This document shows, in pieces, positions 41,301 to 55,145 of a stretch of DNA of 64,000 bases. The stretch's first letter is position 1. Each line of letters starts with the position of its first letter. Origin of the DNA: Octopus vulgaris (taxonomy: Eukaryota). A model generated the notes under the pieces. The model saw only the letters and a program-made list of their open reading frames with translations. It was not told the DNA's origin and ran no database searches. The stretch is taken from assembly GCA_951406725.2 (NCBI GenBank), contig OX597826.1, positions 18,972,001 to 19,036,000 on the forward strand. Direction: 5' to 3'. The translations under genes were made by a program, and so were the position numbers.

Positions 41301-42303
41301 TTATCTCAGAAAAATACAGGTGTTTGAGAAATATGATGGATTATCCTTCTGGTTCTATAGAAAAGGACCATGGGCGCTGATAAGTTAAGTGAAAAGACAT
41401 CAACTAAGCATGTATATGAGATAGTGTGCGCGCGAACGCACTTCTTACACAGTAGAACACAACATTTTCATAACTTTACTTAATACTTGTTCTGCTACTT
41501 TGATATCATAGGTATCGATTTATTTATCTTAAGTTATATTAAGTTATCCAGGACTGGTTCAGGAATGAGGCCGGACCAGATAAATTCACTTAATCTCCAT
41601 TATGAATCAAACTTTGGTCAACTGGAATTGCTCAAAGCGCTAGCGACTGAAAACGATGTGTGTTTATCAGAGGAAAGTAGGTAGCCAGCTCGAGGGTACA
41701 TTAGGTGTCCTTTTCCTATATCTTCCTAACCAAAAGGCCCTGTTAACTTATCTGAGTAATCCTCATTGCAGTCAGCTTCTTTGCATTTTGCTAAACAGAA
41801 AGTTGGAATTCCCATAAAACCTTTTCTTGCAGCAAGTATTCTGTTAAACCAGTAGCGAAAATACTTTCATATAATGATTTGGATTTAGAAAGTTTCCTGT
41901 CTTCTTGCATCTCTTTCCTTGAGGTAACTCAGAAGCCATGCTAGTACCACAGGTATTCTACTAAACCTCGCTTAACAAACCACAAAGACTCGTCTACAAT
42001 TAATAAATGCAGAGTTCATGTAAGGAGTACGGAGCTTGTAAGATGTCTCAGAAACAGATCTAAATTGTTAACGTGGTTTCATTCAAGCTTTAAAAAGCAG
42101 TCCGAGGTCTCAAGTCATATTCACTTGCACTATACATTATTATTAACAATACTGAGTAAGTATTACTACGAGAGGACCACTTTGGATTAGTAGCAGGGCT
42201 CTACTACAAATAGTAAGAGATAGTAATAACAAAGTGTATGTGCCAATTTCAAACTTCTATATGTACCTCCTGGAAGTGTGACATCCGTATACGCGAACCC
42301 GCG

Positions 42304-42385
<82 letters not shown>

Positions 42386-42386
<1 letters not shown>

Positions 42387-43278
42387 GGTTAATGCTTACT
42401 TTAACACCCGGCCACCAAAACAAATAAAAACAGGTGCAATAGGCAAATGTTTGTGCCAATGAACCGGTTGGGGTGGACTTTCGGAAAATTTTAAAAATCC
42501 GATTTTTTCCTTCATAACTTTCAGGAAAACATCTCTTGGTGAAATTTTATATAAATACCTTTCAAACGGCATGCATTACGATTATAAAGAAATTTGTAGG
42601 GAGTTTTTTTTTTTCCAAAAAGGTGGCGAGAGGACTTTCGAAGAGAAATAAATTCATAAAATATTTTTTGACTTGAGTGTAATGGAAAAAAGGTTTTTTT
42701 TAAATTTCTTAGACGCATTCTTTTTTTTTTTTTTTTTGAGTAATAGAAAATGGTTTTCAATCATGCCATGTATCATGGTGAGAGAAACAAATTCATATAA
42801 ATACGGTGTTGAATATGGTTTCACTATAGAAATAAGTTAAGGGCGATTTAGCGGTTGTTTCTAGCACATCTCCACCGTTGGGATCTTTTTAAAAGCCTCT
42901 TTCTATTTCTCAAACGAAAAATAAATGCATCTAAGAAATTGTTTTCAAACTATAAAACATAAAAATTCATTTATGAATTTCTTTCTCTTCGAAAGTTGTC
43001 TCCAGGCAGAAGATTTTCCCCACAACTTTCGTTATAATCGTAATCTATGCCGTTGGAAATGTATTTATGTCAAATTTCATTAAAGGATATCATTTTCCTA
43101 AAAGTTATGTAGGAAAAAATCGGATCTTGTGAATTTTCCGAAAGTTCTCTCTCATCCCCGATTCGTTGACGCAGATTTTCGTTTTCATATACGTTTCATA
43201 CACATTTTTTTTTTACACCTATTAAATCTTTTTTTTTTTTTTTGCCTTGGAGGCCAGGTGTTAAAACAAACATTAACT
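42386..43278. mobile_element. Non-autonomous DNA element with ~370-bp imperfect TIRs (fold-back/MITE)
   Basis: GTTAATGCTTACTTTAACACCCGGCC versus GGCCAGGTGTTAAAACAAACATTAAC; internal blocks ctttcggaaaatt, atccgatttttt, ctttcgaagagaaa mirrored; TA-flanked. Confidence 0.8.
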
Positions 43279-43318
43279 TACACACACATATGGATGTATA
43301 TATAAATGTATGTGTATA

Positions 43319-43352
<34 letters not shown>

Positions 43353-43400
43353 AATGTATGTGTGTGTGTATATATATATATATAAATGTATGTGTATATA

Positions 43401-43435
<35 letters not shown>

Positions 43436-43532
43436 CGGGAAGCTTTATGAAAATAAACAAAAGACGAAGGCAGGTGGAAAACAAACGAACAATTGTATTA
43501 GTATGGCGCTCAGGAAATATAAATAAAACAAG

Positions 43533-43570
43533 TCTTTAACGTTTCGAGCCTACGCTCTTCAACAGAAAGA
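43533..43570 (-). ncRNA. Minimal hammerhead-like motif with variant core CUGUUGA
   Basis: UCUUU-CUGUUGA-A-GAGC-GUAG-GCUC-GAAA-CG-UU-AAAGA: 5-bp stem I, 4-bp stem II, palindromic AACGUU stem III. Confidence 0.5.
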
Positions 43571-43587
43571 TACACAGAGAGAGAAAA

Positions 43588-43627
<40 letters not shown>

Positions 43628-43634
<7 letters not shown>

Positions 43635-43786
43635 TTAATCAAAGGGCATACTGAGTATGTCTACCTGCTTGAAATAACAGTCAAAACTCATTAAATCGCC
43701 AAAAATACACTGATAAGAGTTTAAGAGTTTTGACTGTTATTTCAAGCAGGTAGACATACTTAGTATGTCCTTTGATTAATTTTAAT
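43628..43786. repeat. 62-bp inverted repeat hairpin
   Basis: Arms 43628-43689 and 43725-43786 with two mismatches, both G-U compatible on the plus strand. Confidence 0.9.
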
Positions 43787-43889
43787 CCCTCGGCTATTTA
43801 ATGTTGTTTTTGGCCTGCTATCGCCTGTATCATTATCATTTTTGAAATAGTTACATTGGATAATTAATGACACCTTCGTAAATTAATTT

Positions 43890-44295
43890 TTGGTAAAAAT
43901 TACCCATCTAGTCAACATCATGGAGTTCGGAGTGATCACTAGTGATGGCGACGCTACACTTTCATTCATCTTCCCACACGGCCTCACACTCAACACTGAG
44001 GCCTACATCAGTGCCTGGAGGAGGGAGTGTGCCCTGAGTAAAGAGGGTGTCTGCTGGAAGTACCTATGTCTGGCAACAGGACTCTGCACCATACCACACA
44101 AGCAAAAGAACTGTCAGACAGCCATGTTCTGCAACTGCATCACCCCTAACATCTGGCCACCTAACTCCCCAGACAGTAAAGCCATCGATTATGAAGTGTG
44201 GAGCAAAGTGAGAGAGCAACAAAACTCCTTGTAACACCAAAGATGAACTGAAGTCAAGGATTATGGCAGCATTCACCAACTTAAACAAGGAGACA
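43890..44295 (+). mobile_element. Tc1/mariner (DD37D/maT-like) transposase catalytic-domain remnant
   Basis: IMEFGVITSDG..FIFPHGLTLNTEAYI, YVWQQDSAPYHTS, WPPNSPDSKAIDYEVW; frameshifted. Confidence 0.85.
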
Positions 44296-44809
44296 CATAT
44301 TTATATATGTGTGTGTATATATATATGTATATTCATGTGTGTATATATGTATATACGTATGTAAATATATATGTGTGAATATATAGGTATATATACATTG
44401 TGTACATACATACGTGTGTGTATATATGTATATAGTGATGTGTATATATATATATATATATATAAATATATAATATGTATATATGTATCAATATACAAGT
44501 ATATATATATCTATATACATGTATATATAGTGAGAATTTACAAAAAAAAAAAAAAAAAGACGAAGACGGGATGTGTAAACAACAAACATAAGTATTAGTT
44601 TCATGCTCGGGCGTACGCTTTTCGACAGAAAGGAACAAAGAAATAAACCGGGAGAGAAAATAGAGAAAAATTTAGTGGCTAGCGATCTATCATGGCGAAT
44701 GCCGGACAGATGGGTTACACAGGAGAGCTAGGAAGTTAAGATAATAAAGTAGGGGTGATCCCAAAACGAAGGTGCGCGTGTATGTGCGTGTGCAAGGGGG
44801 CTGATGACA

Positions 44810-45198
44810 TCTCTCTATATATAAAGCTGAAATTGTTTGTGTATGGCATGTTTGGTAGCCTTCGACTAACACTATCTCTTCCGAGATCCTGCGGCACAAG
44901 TTGACCAAAATGGAGAGTATGATAGAAGAAGGCTTGCTCTTCGTTCCGTAGAAGAAATTCAAATCGGACCATGTTAACACCAAAAATTATTTACATCAAA
45001 AAGGTGCCTTTTTTCTATGAAAATCCCTATGTTTTACGATTTTTTGACTGCTGTGTCGCCATTTTTCGGTGTATTTCAACTAGAAAAATGTTCACTGAAA
45101 GAGAATAACAAGCTACATAATGCAAAATTTTTACTTTTCAAAAATTCCAATTCTAAAGGGTCGAAAGAAACCCGAGCAATGCCGGGCGATACTGCTAG
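44810..45198 (+). mobile_element. Non-autonomous Helitron
   Basis: 5' TC after A44809; 3' hairpin CCCGAGC-AAT-GCCGGG then CTAG followed by T; no TSD. Confidence 0.8.
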
Positions 45199-45302
45199 TG
45201 TATATATAAATATATATATATATACATACATATATATAGTGAATCCAAACAAAGAACATGAAAAGACATGGTACGTGTGTGTGTATATGTGTATATACAT
45301 AT

Positions 45303-45526
45303 ACTCTTTTACTTGTTTCAGTCATTTGACTGCGGCCATGCTGGAGCACCGCCTTTAATCGAGCAACTCAACCCCGGGACTTATTCTTTTGTAAGCCCAG
45401 TATTTATTATATCGGTTTCTTTTGCCGAACTGCTAAGTGACGGGGACGTAAACACACCAGCATCGGTTGTCAAGCAATGCTAGGGGGACAAACGCAGACA
45501 CACAAACATATACACACACACACACA

Positions 45527-45584
<58 letters not shown>

Positions 45585-45740
45585 GACAGGCCTCCTTCAG
45601 TTTCCGTCTACCAAATCCACTCACAAGGCTTTGGTCGGCCCGAGGCTATAGTAGGAGACACTTGCCCAAGGTGCCACGCAGTGGGACTGAACCCAGAACC
45701 ATGTGGTTCGTAAGCAAGCTACTTACCACACAGCCACTCC
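45303..45740 (-). mobile_element. SINE family A, near-intact reference copy
   Basis: A box TGGCTGTGTGG, B box GGTTCAGTCC, central (TA)/(CA) tract, tail ..GACTGAAACAAGTAA; CpGs intact. Confidence 0.9.
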
Positions 45741-47486
<1,746 letters not shown>

Positions 47487-47503
47487 ATTTATTTTATAGA
47501 AGG

Positions 47504-47554
47504 AGCTTCTACAGGACTAGAACTGTTTCATTCAAAAGAAATCATCAGGAAGCC
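47504..47554 (-). ncRNA. Type I hammerhead ribozyme motif (mirror copy)
   Basis: Exact reverse complement of 47558-47608. Confidence 0.7.
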
Positions 47555-47557
47555 TAT

Positions 47558-47608
47558 GGCTTCCTGATGATTTCTTTTGAATGAAACAGTTCTAGTCCTG
47601 TAGAAGCT
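47558..47608 (+). ncRNA. Type I hammerhead ribozyme motif
   Basis: GGCUUC-CUGAUGA-UUUC-UUUU-GAAU-GAAA-CAG-UUCUAGUC-CUG-UA-GAAGCU: 6-bp stem I, stem III ACAG/CUGU, GUA site (cut after 47602); stem II is 3 bp with U-U at the 10.1/11.1 position. Confidence 0.7.
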
Positions 47609-47693
47609 CCTTCTATAAAATAAATTAATTTACTCTGCTATGTATTGAGTACCTTATTTACTGTGGTTAACCCCGATTCAACCCGGGACCTAC

Positions 47694-48077
47694 ATATACA
47701 TATATACATATAGATATATATACATACATATATATAGATATATATACATATATATACATATGTATATATATAGATATATATACATATGTATATATATAGA
47801 TATATATACATATGTATATATATATATATATATATACACACACATACATATATACATACATATATACAACACATACATATATACATACATATATACAACA
47901 CATACATATATATATATATATATACACATACATATATACATACACATACATATATACATGCACATACATATATGTATATACACATACATATATATATATA
48001 TATTCTTATGCTTGTAAGAAATGAAGCAGGTATGCTCCGCTGGATGTGTAATGTTAGCGTGCATTATATACATATAC

Positions 48078-48128
<51 letters not shown>

Positions 48129-48142
48129 TTATACATATATGA

Positions 48143-48185
<43 letters not shown>

Positions 48186-48290
48186 TACATATATATATAT
48201 AAATATACATATATATATATAAATATACATATATATATATATATAAATACACATCTATGTGTATATATACATACATGTATCTATATGTAC
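47694..48290. repeat. Compound TA/CA microsatellite containing a ~55-bp RTE fragment (48010-48064)
   Basis: Fragment translates [16 protein letters not shown]. Confidence 0.85.
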
Positions 48291-48524
48291 AGAATATGGG
48301 GCTTTACTTTACTGGGAATCTAAACGAATAGGCAAATAGGTATGCCGGGTAAAGTGCTGTAACAGATTATCATGGTTCCAAGCTCAACTGAGACAGGAGC
48401 TATGCATCTATTTTAGGTTTCTGATTTAGCCGATATATATGTGAAAGTGGTCGGCAAATGCAGAGTCTTAACAAGCATCTTAATTCATATTCATTATCTC
48501 ATATTATTCTTAATTTAGCTGAAG

Positions 48525-48598
48525 CCTTACAGCTGTTTCTGGGATATCCCAAGTGATAAGCGAGTATCCCTGAATATGGGGTATTCCGTCATCAGAGA
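48525..48598 (-). ncRNA. Penelope-type hammerhead motif with extended stem II
   Basis: UCU-CUGAUGA-CGGAAUACCCCA..UGGGAUAUCCCA-GAAA-CAGCUG-UA-AGG: palindromic stem III ACAGCUGU, 3-bp stem I, imperfect stem II. Confidence 0.6.
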
Positions 48599-49578
48599 GA
48601 AGCAGAGAATATGTGAAAGATTTAGACATGGAAATATTCAGATAAACGATCCAGACATGGAAAATTCGCAGACAATAAGCAATGAAATAGAAGTGTAGAG
48701 AGAGAGGAAATGAAGTTCACAGTTAATTTTTCAGAGAGTATGGATGTTAGTCCATATGTCCTTAGGTAAAGCCTGAGGTAAATCCAGGCAGTATAACAGT
48801 AACAAATGAGTAGAGTATTCACAGGCGATATTTTATCGGAAATGGGAATGGTGTGTGCATATTGAGATGGCTGGTTTGTGAGACAATGACCGTTGAAGCC
48901 ACTCAATAGCGACTTTTATGGTCATTCTCTCGCAAACCAACCATCTGAAGATATATAAGCAATAAGAAAATGGAGGGGATCAAGAGGTGGTAGTCATCAA
49001 CTTTTAGGCGTTATATTATGTCTATTTATTTATTTTTTAAAAAGACAATTATAGCAATATACATAAATATATAACGTAGAACATAGAAAATAGGATAAAA
49101 TCTTACAGCTGTTTCAGCCAAGAGGCCACAGTACCCCATTCTACTTTTACCCCTCCAGTGAACTGAAGTATTTGGTAGATAAGATTAAGGTACTTGGGTT
49201 AATTGTAGTGCGACAATTTTGTTAAGCAGTGTGGATTTTTACAATTCTGTAGATAATAATGATGGTATACAGCTGTGTATCGTTAGCTGGCTAGAGGAGA
49301 TGTCCCCTTGGGGTTAAAAAATCGCAGTAGAGTCCTCTTAAAAGGACAGCTATGTTAAAGTGGCTACGAATATTACGTCTTAGCACTACTGCATTGATCC
49401 CTTTGATAGATTTTAGAACAAGCACTTTTGCTTATGTGTATATGTAGTTTTCTCTTGATTAATTATTTCGAAGATCAGACTATTGGCTAAACTGGCAAAA
49501 TGACCATTCCGAAATATAACAATATCTGTTTCAACACACGACTTCACATAAAAAATCTTGCACAACAAATATATAAAC

Positions 49579-49618
<40 letters not shown>

Positions 49619-49691
49619 GTGTATATATATATGTGTATGTGTGTATATATATGTATGTATGTATGTATATGTGCATATATATGTATGTGAG

Positions 49692-49725
<34 letters not shown>

Positions 49726-50021
49726 TTATAAATAAAGGTATCTAAAAGATACCACCATGCTTGAAATAGCAGTCAAAATCTGACTCAAAAACCACATCAA
49801 GCATTCATTACAGCACAAGGTGAAAGAGACAAACAGACAAATAAAACTAGTAACAGTCGGATAATTACAGACCCTGGTTTTCTGGCTGTGTATAAAACTA
49901 TTCTTTGCCATTGACAATGAAATATACCATTAATTGTACATAATTACATATATATGCACATAAATATATTAACACTCATGTATATGTACATGTATATATA
50001 TATATATATGAACGTATATAT

Positions 50022-50250
50022 CACCATCGCTTGACGTCCGTTTTCCGTGTTGGCATGGTTTTGGCGGTTTGAGTGGGGACTGGCAAGCCAGGAGACCGCA
50101 CCAGGCTCCTATATGATCTGGCAATGTTTCTACATCTGAATGCCCTTCCTAACGCGAACTACTCCGTGAGTGTAGTGAGTACTTTTTACATGCCAAGAGG
50201 CACCGGAGCCAGTCAGGAGGCACGAGCATTGGCCACAACTACAACTTCCA
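50022..50250 (-). mobile_element. RTE 3' tail fragment, decayed
   Basis: Matches the 20905-21150 copy. Confidence 0.7.
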
Positions 50251-50363
50251 TACTTGATTGTGATTTGATTTCTGATCTTACTTGACCCAATAAGTCTCCT
50301 CAAACATGGTGTGTATATATACATGTATGTGCATATACATATGTATGTGTGTCTACAAATATG

Positions 50364-50417
<54 letters not shown>

Positions 50418-50459
50418 TAGTTTCTAAAAAAAAAGAATGTTCCACTATTATGTATGTTT

Positions 50460-50494
<35 letters not shown>

Positions 50495-50584
50495 CATACA
50501 TACATACACACACACATATATATATATGTATATGTATGTACTATGTATATGTATATATCTATGTATAATTGTATACTGTGTAGC

Positions 50585-50700
50585 GACTGTAGTTGGTAGC
50601 AGTATTCCAAGCAGCTGAGGAGATAAACCATCAAGACGTTCATCAAAATATCCTTTTCTATTATTCTGAAAGCTCAGAGGATCCAGCCAGCCATTAGTAA
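50585..50700 (-). mobile_element. CR1-group LINE fragment
   Basis: AGWIL*AFRIIEKDILMNVLMVYLLSCLEYCYQL parallels WILKTFRTRDKETM..LSHLDFCSQL at 29390-29490. Confidence 0.65.
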
Positions 50701-51039
50701 TATGCCCCCTGTAAAGATGCAAGAAGTAATGATGGATTTCTCTGAAGCACTTAATTCACGTTTACGACCCATAATGACATGATTGTGAGACCACTCGTTA
50801 ACAATTTGGAACACTGAATGTTTGTGTAAATCATGCAAATGGCTGCAATTTGTTTATACTTGTGTAGAACCTCACGTTTTGCAAAAAATTGGGGGAATAC
50901 AACCGTTGTTGTCATTCTGTGGAACTTTCATTGAATTCCAAAACATAGTTTCTAAAAAAAAGGAATGTTCCATCATTAATAATTTGAAATGCAGTGTGTA
51001 TACACACACACACATACATGTAGATGTCGATTCACACAC

Positions 51040-51188
51040 ACCTGTACGGTGGACATTTTTGAGTTTCCATGTAACCAAGTCTCCTAACAAGGCTTTGTCT
51101 GATATGGGCCACAGGAGGCATACAGTCAGACTGAACCATAAGACCATGAAATTGGGAAGCAAACTGCTTACTGCAGCCATGTCTGAGC

Positions 51189-51224
<36 letters not shown>

Positions 51225-51610
51225 TAATTAGCATGTGAACAAACTGGGAATGAAGGATATTTAGTTCTCATTAAAACTTTATTCTAGGAGAAAGTGGACT
51301 CAGTTCTTGTGCTGTTGGTTCCATAGCTGACTGCGCTGGGATGTGAGTTTAATCCTTTGTAATACTTTATCCCCGAGACACTCTCTTGAAGGTTTTAAAG
51401 CCTGGTACTTAATTTAACTGTCTCTTTTGCTGACTGGGTGCAAACAAACTAGAACTGGTTGCCAAGTAGTGGTGCCATCAAACACAAAAACCTAGACACA
51501 CACACACGCATATGATGAGTTTCTTTCAGTTTCTAGCAAATCCACTCACAAGGCTTTGCTCAGCCCAAGGCTATAGTAGACTCTTGCTCAAGGTGCTATG
51601 CTGTGGGAAT
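51040..51610 (-). mobile_element. Decayed SINE A fragments (51040-51190, 51385-51610)
   Basis: ttctttcagtt..aaatccactcacaaggcttt..ggctatagtaga blocks. Confidence 0.65.
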
Positions 51611-51918
51611 ATGTAAATATATGTTTATATGTATGTATGTAGGTATGCATGTATTCTTTTATCCTGTTATGTTTTTCAACTCAAATGCTGTGGCCATGCT
51701 GGAGTATTGCCTGTATCATCATCTTTTCTCAACTTACTTCTTGTAATCTTCGATCCCCAATCCATGTAGATCTATCAGGTTTTGGTTAGATATTAAATAG
51801 CAGTGGGCATTTGAATCCCAAGCTGTTGCAGTAACTGGGCCTTGCTCTAGATGGGATAGCAAGGGAGCAAACCCCCTACCATCTCCTAGTGTTGGGACCA
51901 GTAGACATACATGTATTT

Positions 51919-51971
<53 letters not shown>

Positions 51972-52849
51972 TACATGCATGAGTCGTCTAAGAGACCATA
52001 AGTCAGGGGGAAGATGCACACATATCTATCAGTAGAGTGGGTATATAATCTGAATTTTATAGTATTAAGTATCTATTATGGATGACCTTACCAATCAGTT
52101 TCACGTAAAGGATACAATGGAGTGTTAGGTAATAATCCAATCATATAATTCTACACTCATCACACAGAGCCGATATGGAAGAGAAAATGGCAATTGCTCT
52201 CTATTGTCAGAGATGAATTAGCACAACTGGTCAGCGACCACTGTGAAAGAAGTGGTGAAACGAAGAAGGGTCCAAGGGATTAGGTTAGGAGTGATGTCTC
52301 TTACTTGGATATTCCGTGAAGCAGCCGAGAGCTGTCTTGTCTTGAAGTAGGGAAAGTCTGTATTATTAATGTGGTGTCCCTACAGAGATGAGGTGTATGG
52401 TATGTGTGGTAGTGTCATATGTGTAACTTTTCCCAGGGGTGGGGGTACATATGTGTAGCTGTGTTCATTGATCTGTTTTATTTCTGCAAAGTCTAGAGTC
52501 GTGGAGGTATTTCTTATATCAGAGTGGTGTCTGTAATGTGTAATGTGTGTGGGTGGGGTTTGCGTATATGTAGGGGTACAATTAGTGTGTGTGGGGAATG
52601 TGTTGGGGGAGGACAGTTCTTTGAAGGGTGTCCACCTTATAGGGCTGTGTGTGTACATGGGTATTTTGAAGTGTACTTTGGTCAAACTCTTTTTGCCGGG
52701 CTCAATGCTCTTGACTCAGTTTGCAAATGACCTTCCACTGCGTGGCACCTTGGGCAACTGTCTTCTACTATAGCCTCAGACTGACCAAAGCCTTCTGAGT
52801 GGATTTCGTAGGCAGAAACTGAAAGAAACCCATTATATAAGAAAAGAAA

Positions 52850-53627
52850 TTTCGGGTGTGGAAGCTAGGTTTAGAATCAAAAGGCCTTAGAGTCAAAGTT
52901 CTAGTAAGTAGGAAGGCAAACTCACCACACACCACACTAGGTAGGTGGCCCTGCTCGATCTGTACAAAAGGTGTAGGTAGAAACTCCATAAGATTTACCC
53001 AGTGTAAGCTATGGACAAATAATAGGTGCAGCAATATCAAAGGAAAATTAACCGAGAAGATGGCTTTCGTGTGCGGCAGATGCACAGGGGCAACAAACAC
53101 CATTGATACTCAGGAAACAGATTCCATCACACCCCAGGGGAAGGAACTAGAAGTAGTTAATAGTTTCCGCCACCTAGGTAACCAAGTTAGTAGTGGGGGT
53201 GGATGTTCAGAGAGTGTTACCACTAGAATAAGAATAGCCTGGGCAAAGTTTAGAAAGCTTCTACCCCTACTGGTGGCAAAGGGTCTCTCGTTCAGGGTGA
53301 AAGGTAGATTGTACGATGCATGTATGTGAACTGCCATGCTTCAAGTGAGGTCGTTGCCAGTGCCGCTGGACTGGCTCCTGTGCAGGTGGCACATAAAAAG
53401 CACCATTTGAGCATGCCCATTGCCAGTACCGCCTGACTGGCACCATTCCAGTGGCACGTAATAGCACCCACTACACTCTTGGAGTGATTGGCGTTAGGAA
53501 GGGCATCCAGCAGTAGAAAATCTGCCAGATCAGATTGGAGTTTGGTGCAGCCATCCGGTACGCCAGACCTCAGTCAAGTTGTCCAACCCATGCTAGCATG
53601 GAAAGTTGACGTTAAACGATGATGATA
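52850..53627 (+). mobile_element. 5'-truncated, internally deleted RTE-clade LINE, adjacent to a partial SINE A (52733-52835)
   Basis: ORF 52856-53329 WKLGLESKGLRV..LEVVNSFRHLG..RIRIAWAKFRKLLPLL..KGRLYDAC; ends in (GAT)n tail. Confidence 0.9.
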
Positions 53628-53646
53628 TATACATATGTATGCATAT

Positions 53647-53804
53647 ATATAAATTAGAAAAAAAACCACCTTTAATCAAATCAATAAATAAAAATCAAAT
53701 TATACCATTTAGAAAAATTACATATGTAATTCTTCTAAATGGTATAATTTTAAATTTTCATTATTCAATTGATAAAAGGTGGGTTTTTTTTCTAATTTAT
53801 ATAT
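53647..53804. repeat. ~158-bp imperfect palindrome centred on ATTACATATGTAAT
   Basis: aaattagaaaaaaaaccacc / ggtgggttttttttctaattt and attataccatttagaa / ttctaaatggtataat; flanked by TA tracts. Confidence 0.85.
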
Positions 53805-54058
53805 ATATATACATATATATTATATTGTGTGATATTTGATTTAGTATTTCTAAATCGAATTTCTACCTGTAAGTTTCTAATAATACCTCATATTATTATA
53901 TTATTATTATACATATATACACATACACACACATATATATACATATTATATATATATATATATATATATACATGCATATATATACATTTATCTTACATTT
54001 CAAAGGGTTACAAAAGTAAGTTTATAGGAACATGAACCTTGTTCTACGAAAAGATAGC

Positions 54059-55145
54059 TTAACCCTTTCGTTACTATATTTCTGACCAAAATACACCTTA
54101 TGTGTTTCAATTAATTTCTAACATAATCATAAATTTAGTCTGGTTTCATTAAACAACTATAACTTTTTTATTTATCAATATATTAATCTGATTTTTGGAA
54201 GATAATTTAATGAAATATTCTCAACCAATTCTATACTATACTTTTTGTCACAAAGTGACTAATTGCAGGTAGATACAGGTAAATTCAACAAAATATAAAA
54301 TTAAAATTTTGTTCAAACATCGCTATAGAAAATGGGTTATTAGCTAATATTCAATTGGGTATACAACAAAATTTTACGATAGAATTTGTTATTCTGGGTA
54401 ACTTTCTGATACCCATAATAATATTTATGGCAAAATAGTCTTAATTTCATTTAAGGTTATGGGAAACCACAAACTATCGTTTCTTTCGCTTTGTTTACGT
54501 TTAGCGTAACGGTTCGTTTTCGCTGTAATGATTTCAAATAGGCTCATTCGAAAAAGTAAAAAGAAATAGTCTGAGGCTTTACTCCTCTGGGAAAGTCTGT
54601 GGCTTGGTCCAGTTTCTTCAGAAAAATCACCGAAAGAAACAGTTTTTAAATTTTCACTCCATTCAGGTGCCAATTCGTTTTCTTTATCGCTGTCGGAGCT
54701 CTCGAATTCACTGTTTTCACTTTTGGAAAATGAAACATCAGATTCATTATCAAATACCATGTGCTTTTTTTTTTCAGTCATAGAGTTAGATTTATGAAGG
54801 TCTTCAGTAGAAAATCCTTCGAATTCTGACTCGCTGCTTGATATAATGAAATTCGTATCCATTTTTTGTCAGAATTACAAATTTTGAAAACACAATAGGA
54901 ACAAATTTCGGAAAAAAATCTCTCAAAATTCACGGAATTAAAATTACACTTCGATTATTGTACAAAACTGTAGTTGAACTGTTTACGAAGTATAATACGT
55001 GTTTTCACGAATGTACTAAAGAGATTTGCTCTGATATTCTCATTTAAATATGAATAGGTAAATCCGGGCGGCTTTGGGCGGTTTGGTCACATTAACCAAA
55101 ATTTTTTTCGGGTGGCTTTGGGCGGTTTGGTAACGAAAGGGTTAA
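54059..55145 (-). mobile_element. Internally deleted piggyBac transposon with intact ends
   Basis: TTAA TSDs (54059-62, 55142-45); perfect 12-bp TIR CCCTTTCGTTAC; duplicated subterminal GGGYGGCTTTGGGCGGTTTGGT at ~55066 and ~55110. Confidence 0.92.
54425..54862 (-). pseudogene. Truncated piggyBac transposase N-terminus (145 aa, open)
   Basis: Acidic Ser-rich N-terminus then W..F.EETGP..DYFFLLF..I..TNRYA..W.PITLNEI, typical of PGBD-family transposases; DDD core absent. Confidence 0.85.

Noticed and set aside
3417-44807. Isolated CTGATGA/TCATCAG words at 3417, 16881, 20661, 25350, 30838 and 44801
   Set aside because: No paired stem II plus GAAA and UH site, so not called as ribozymes.
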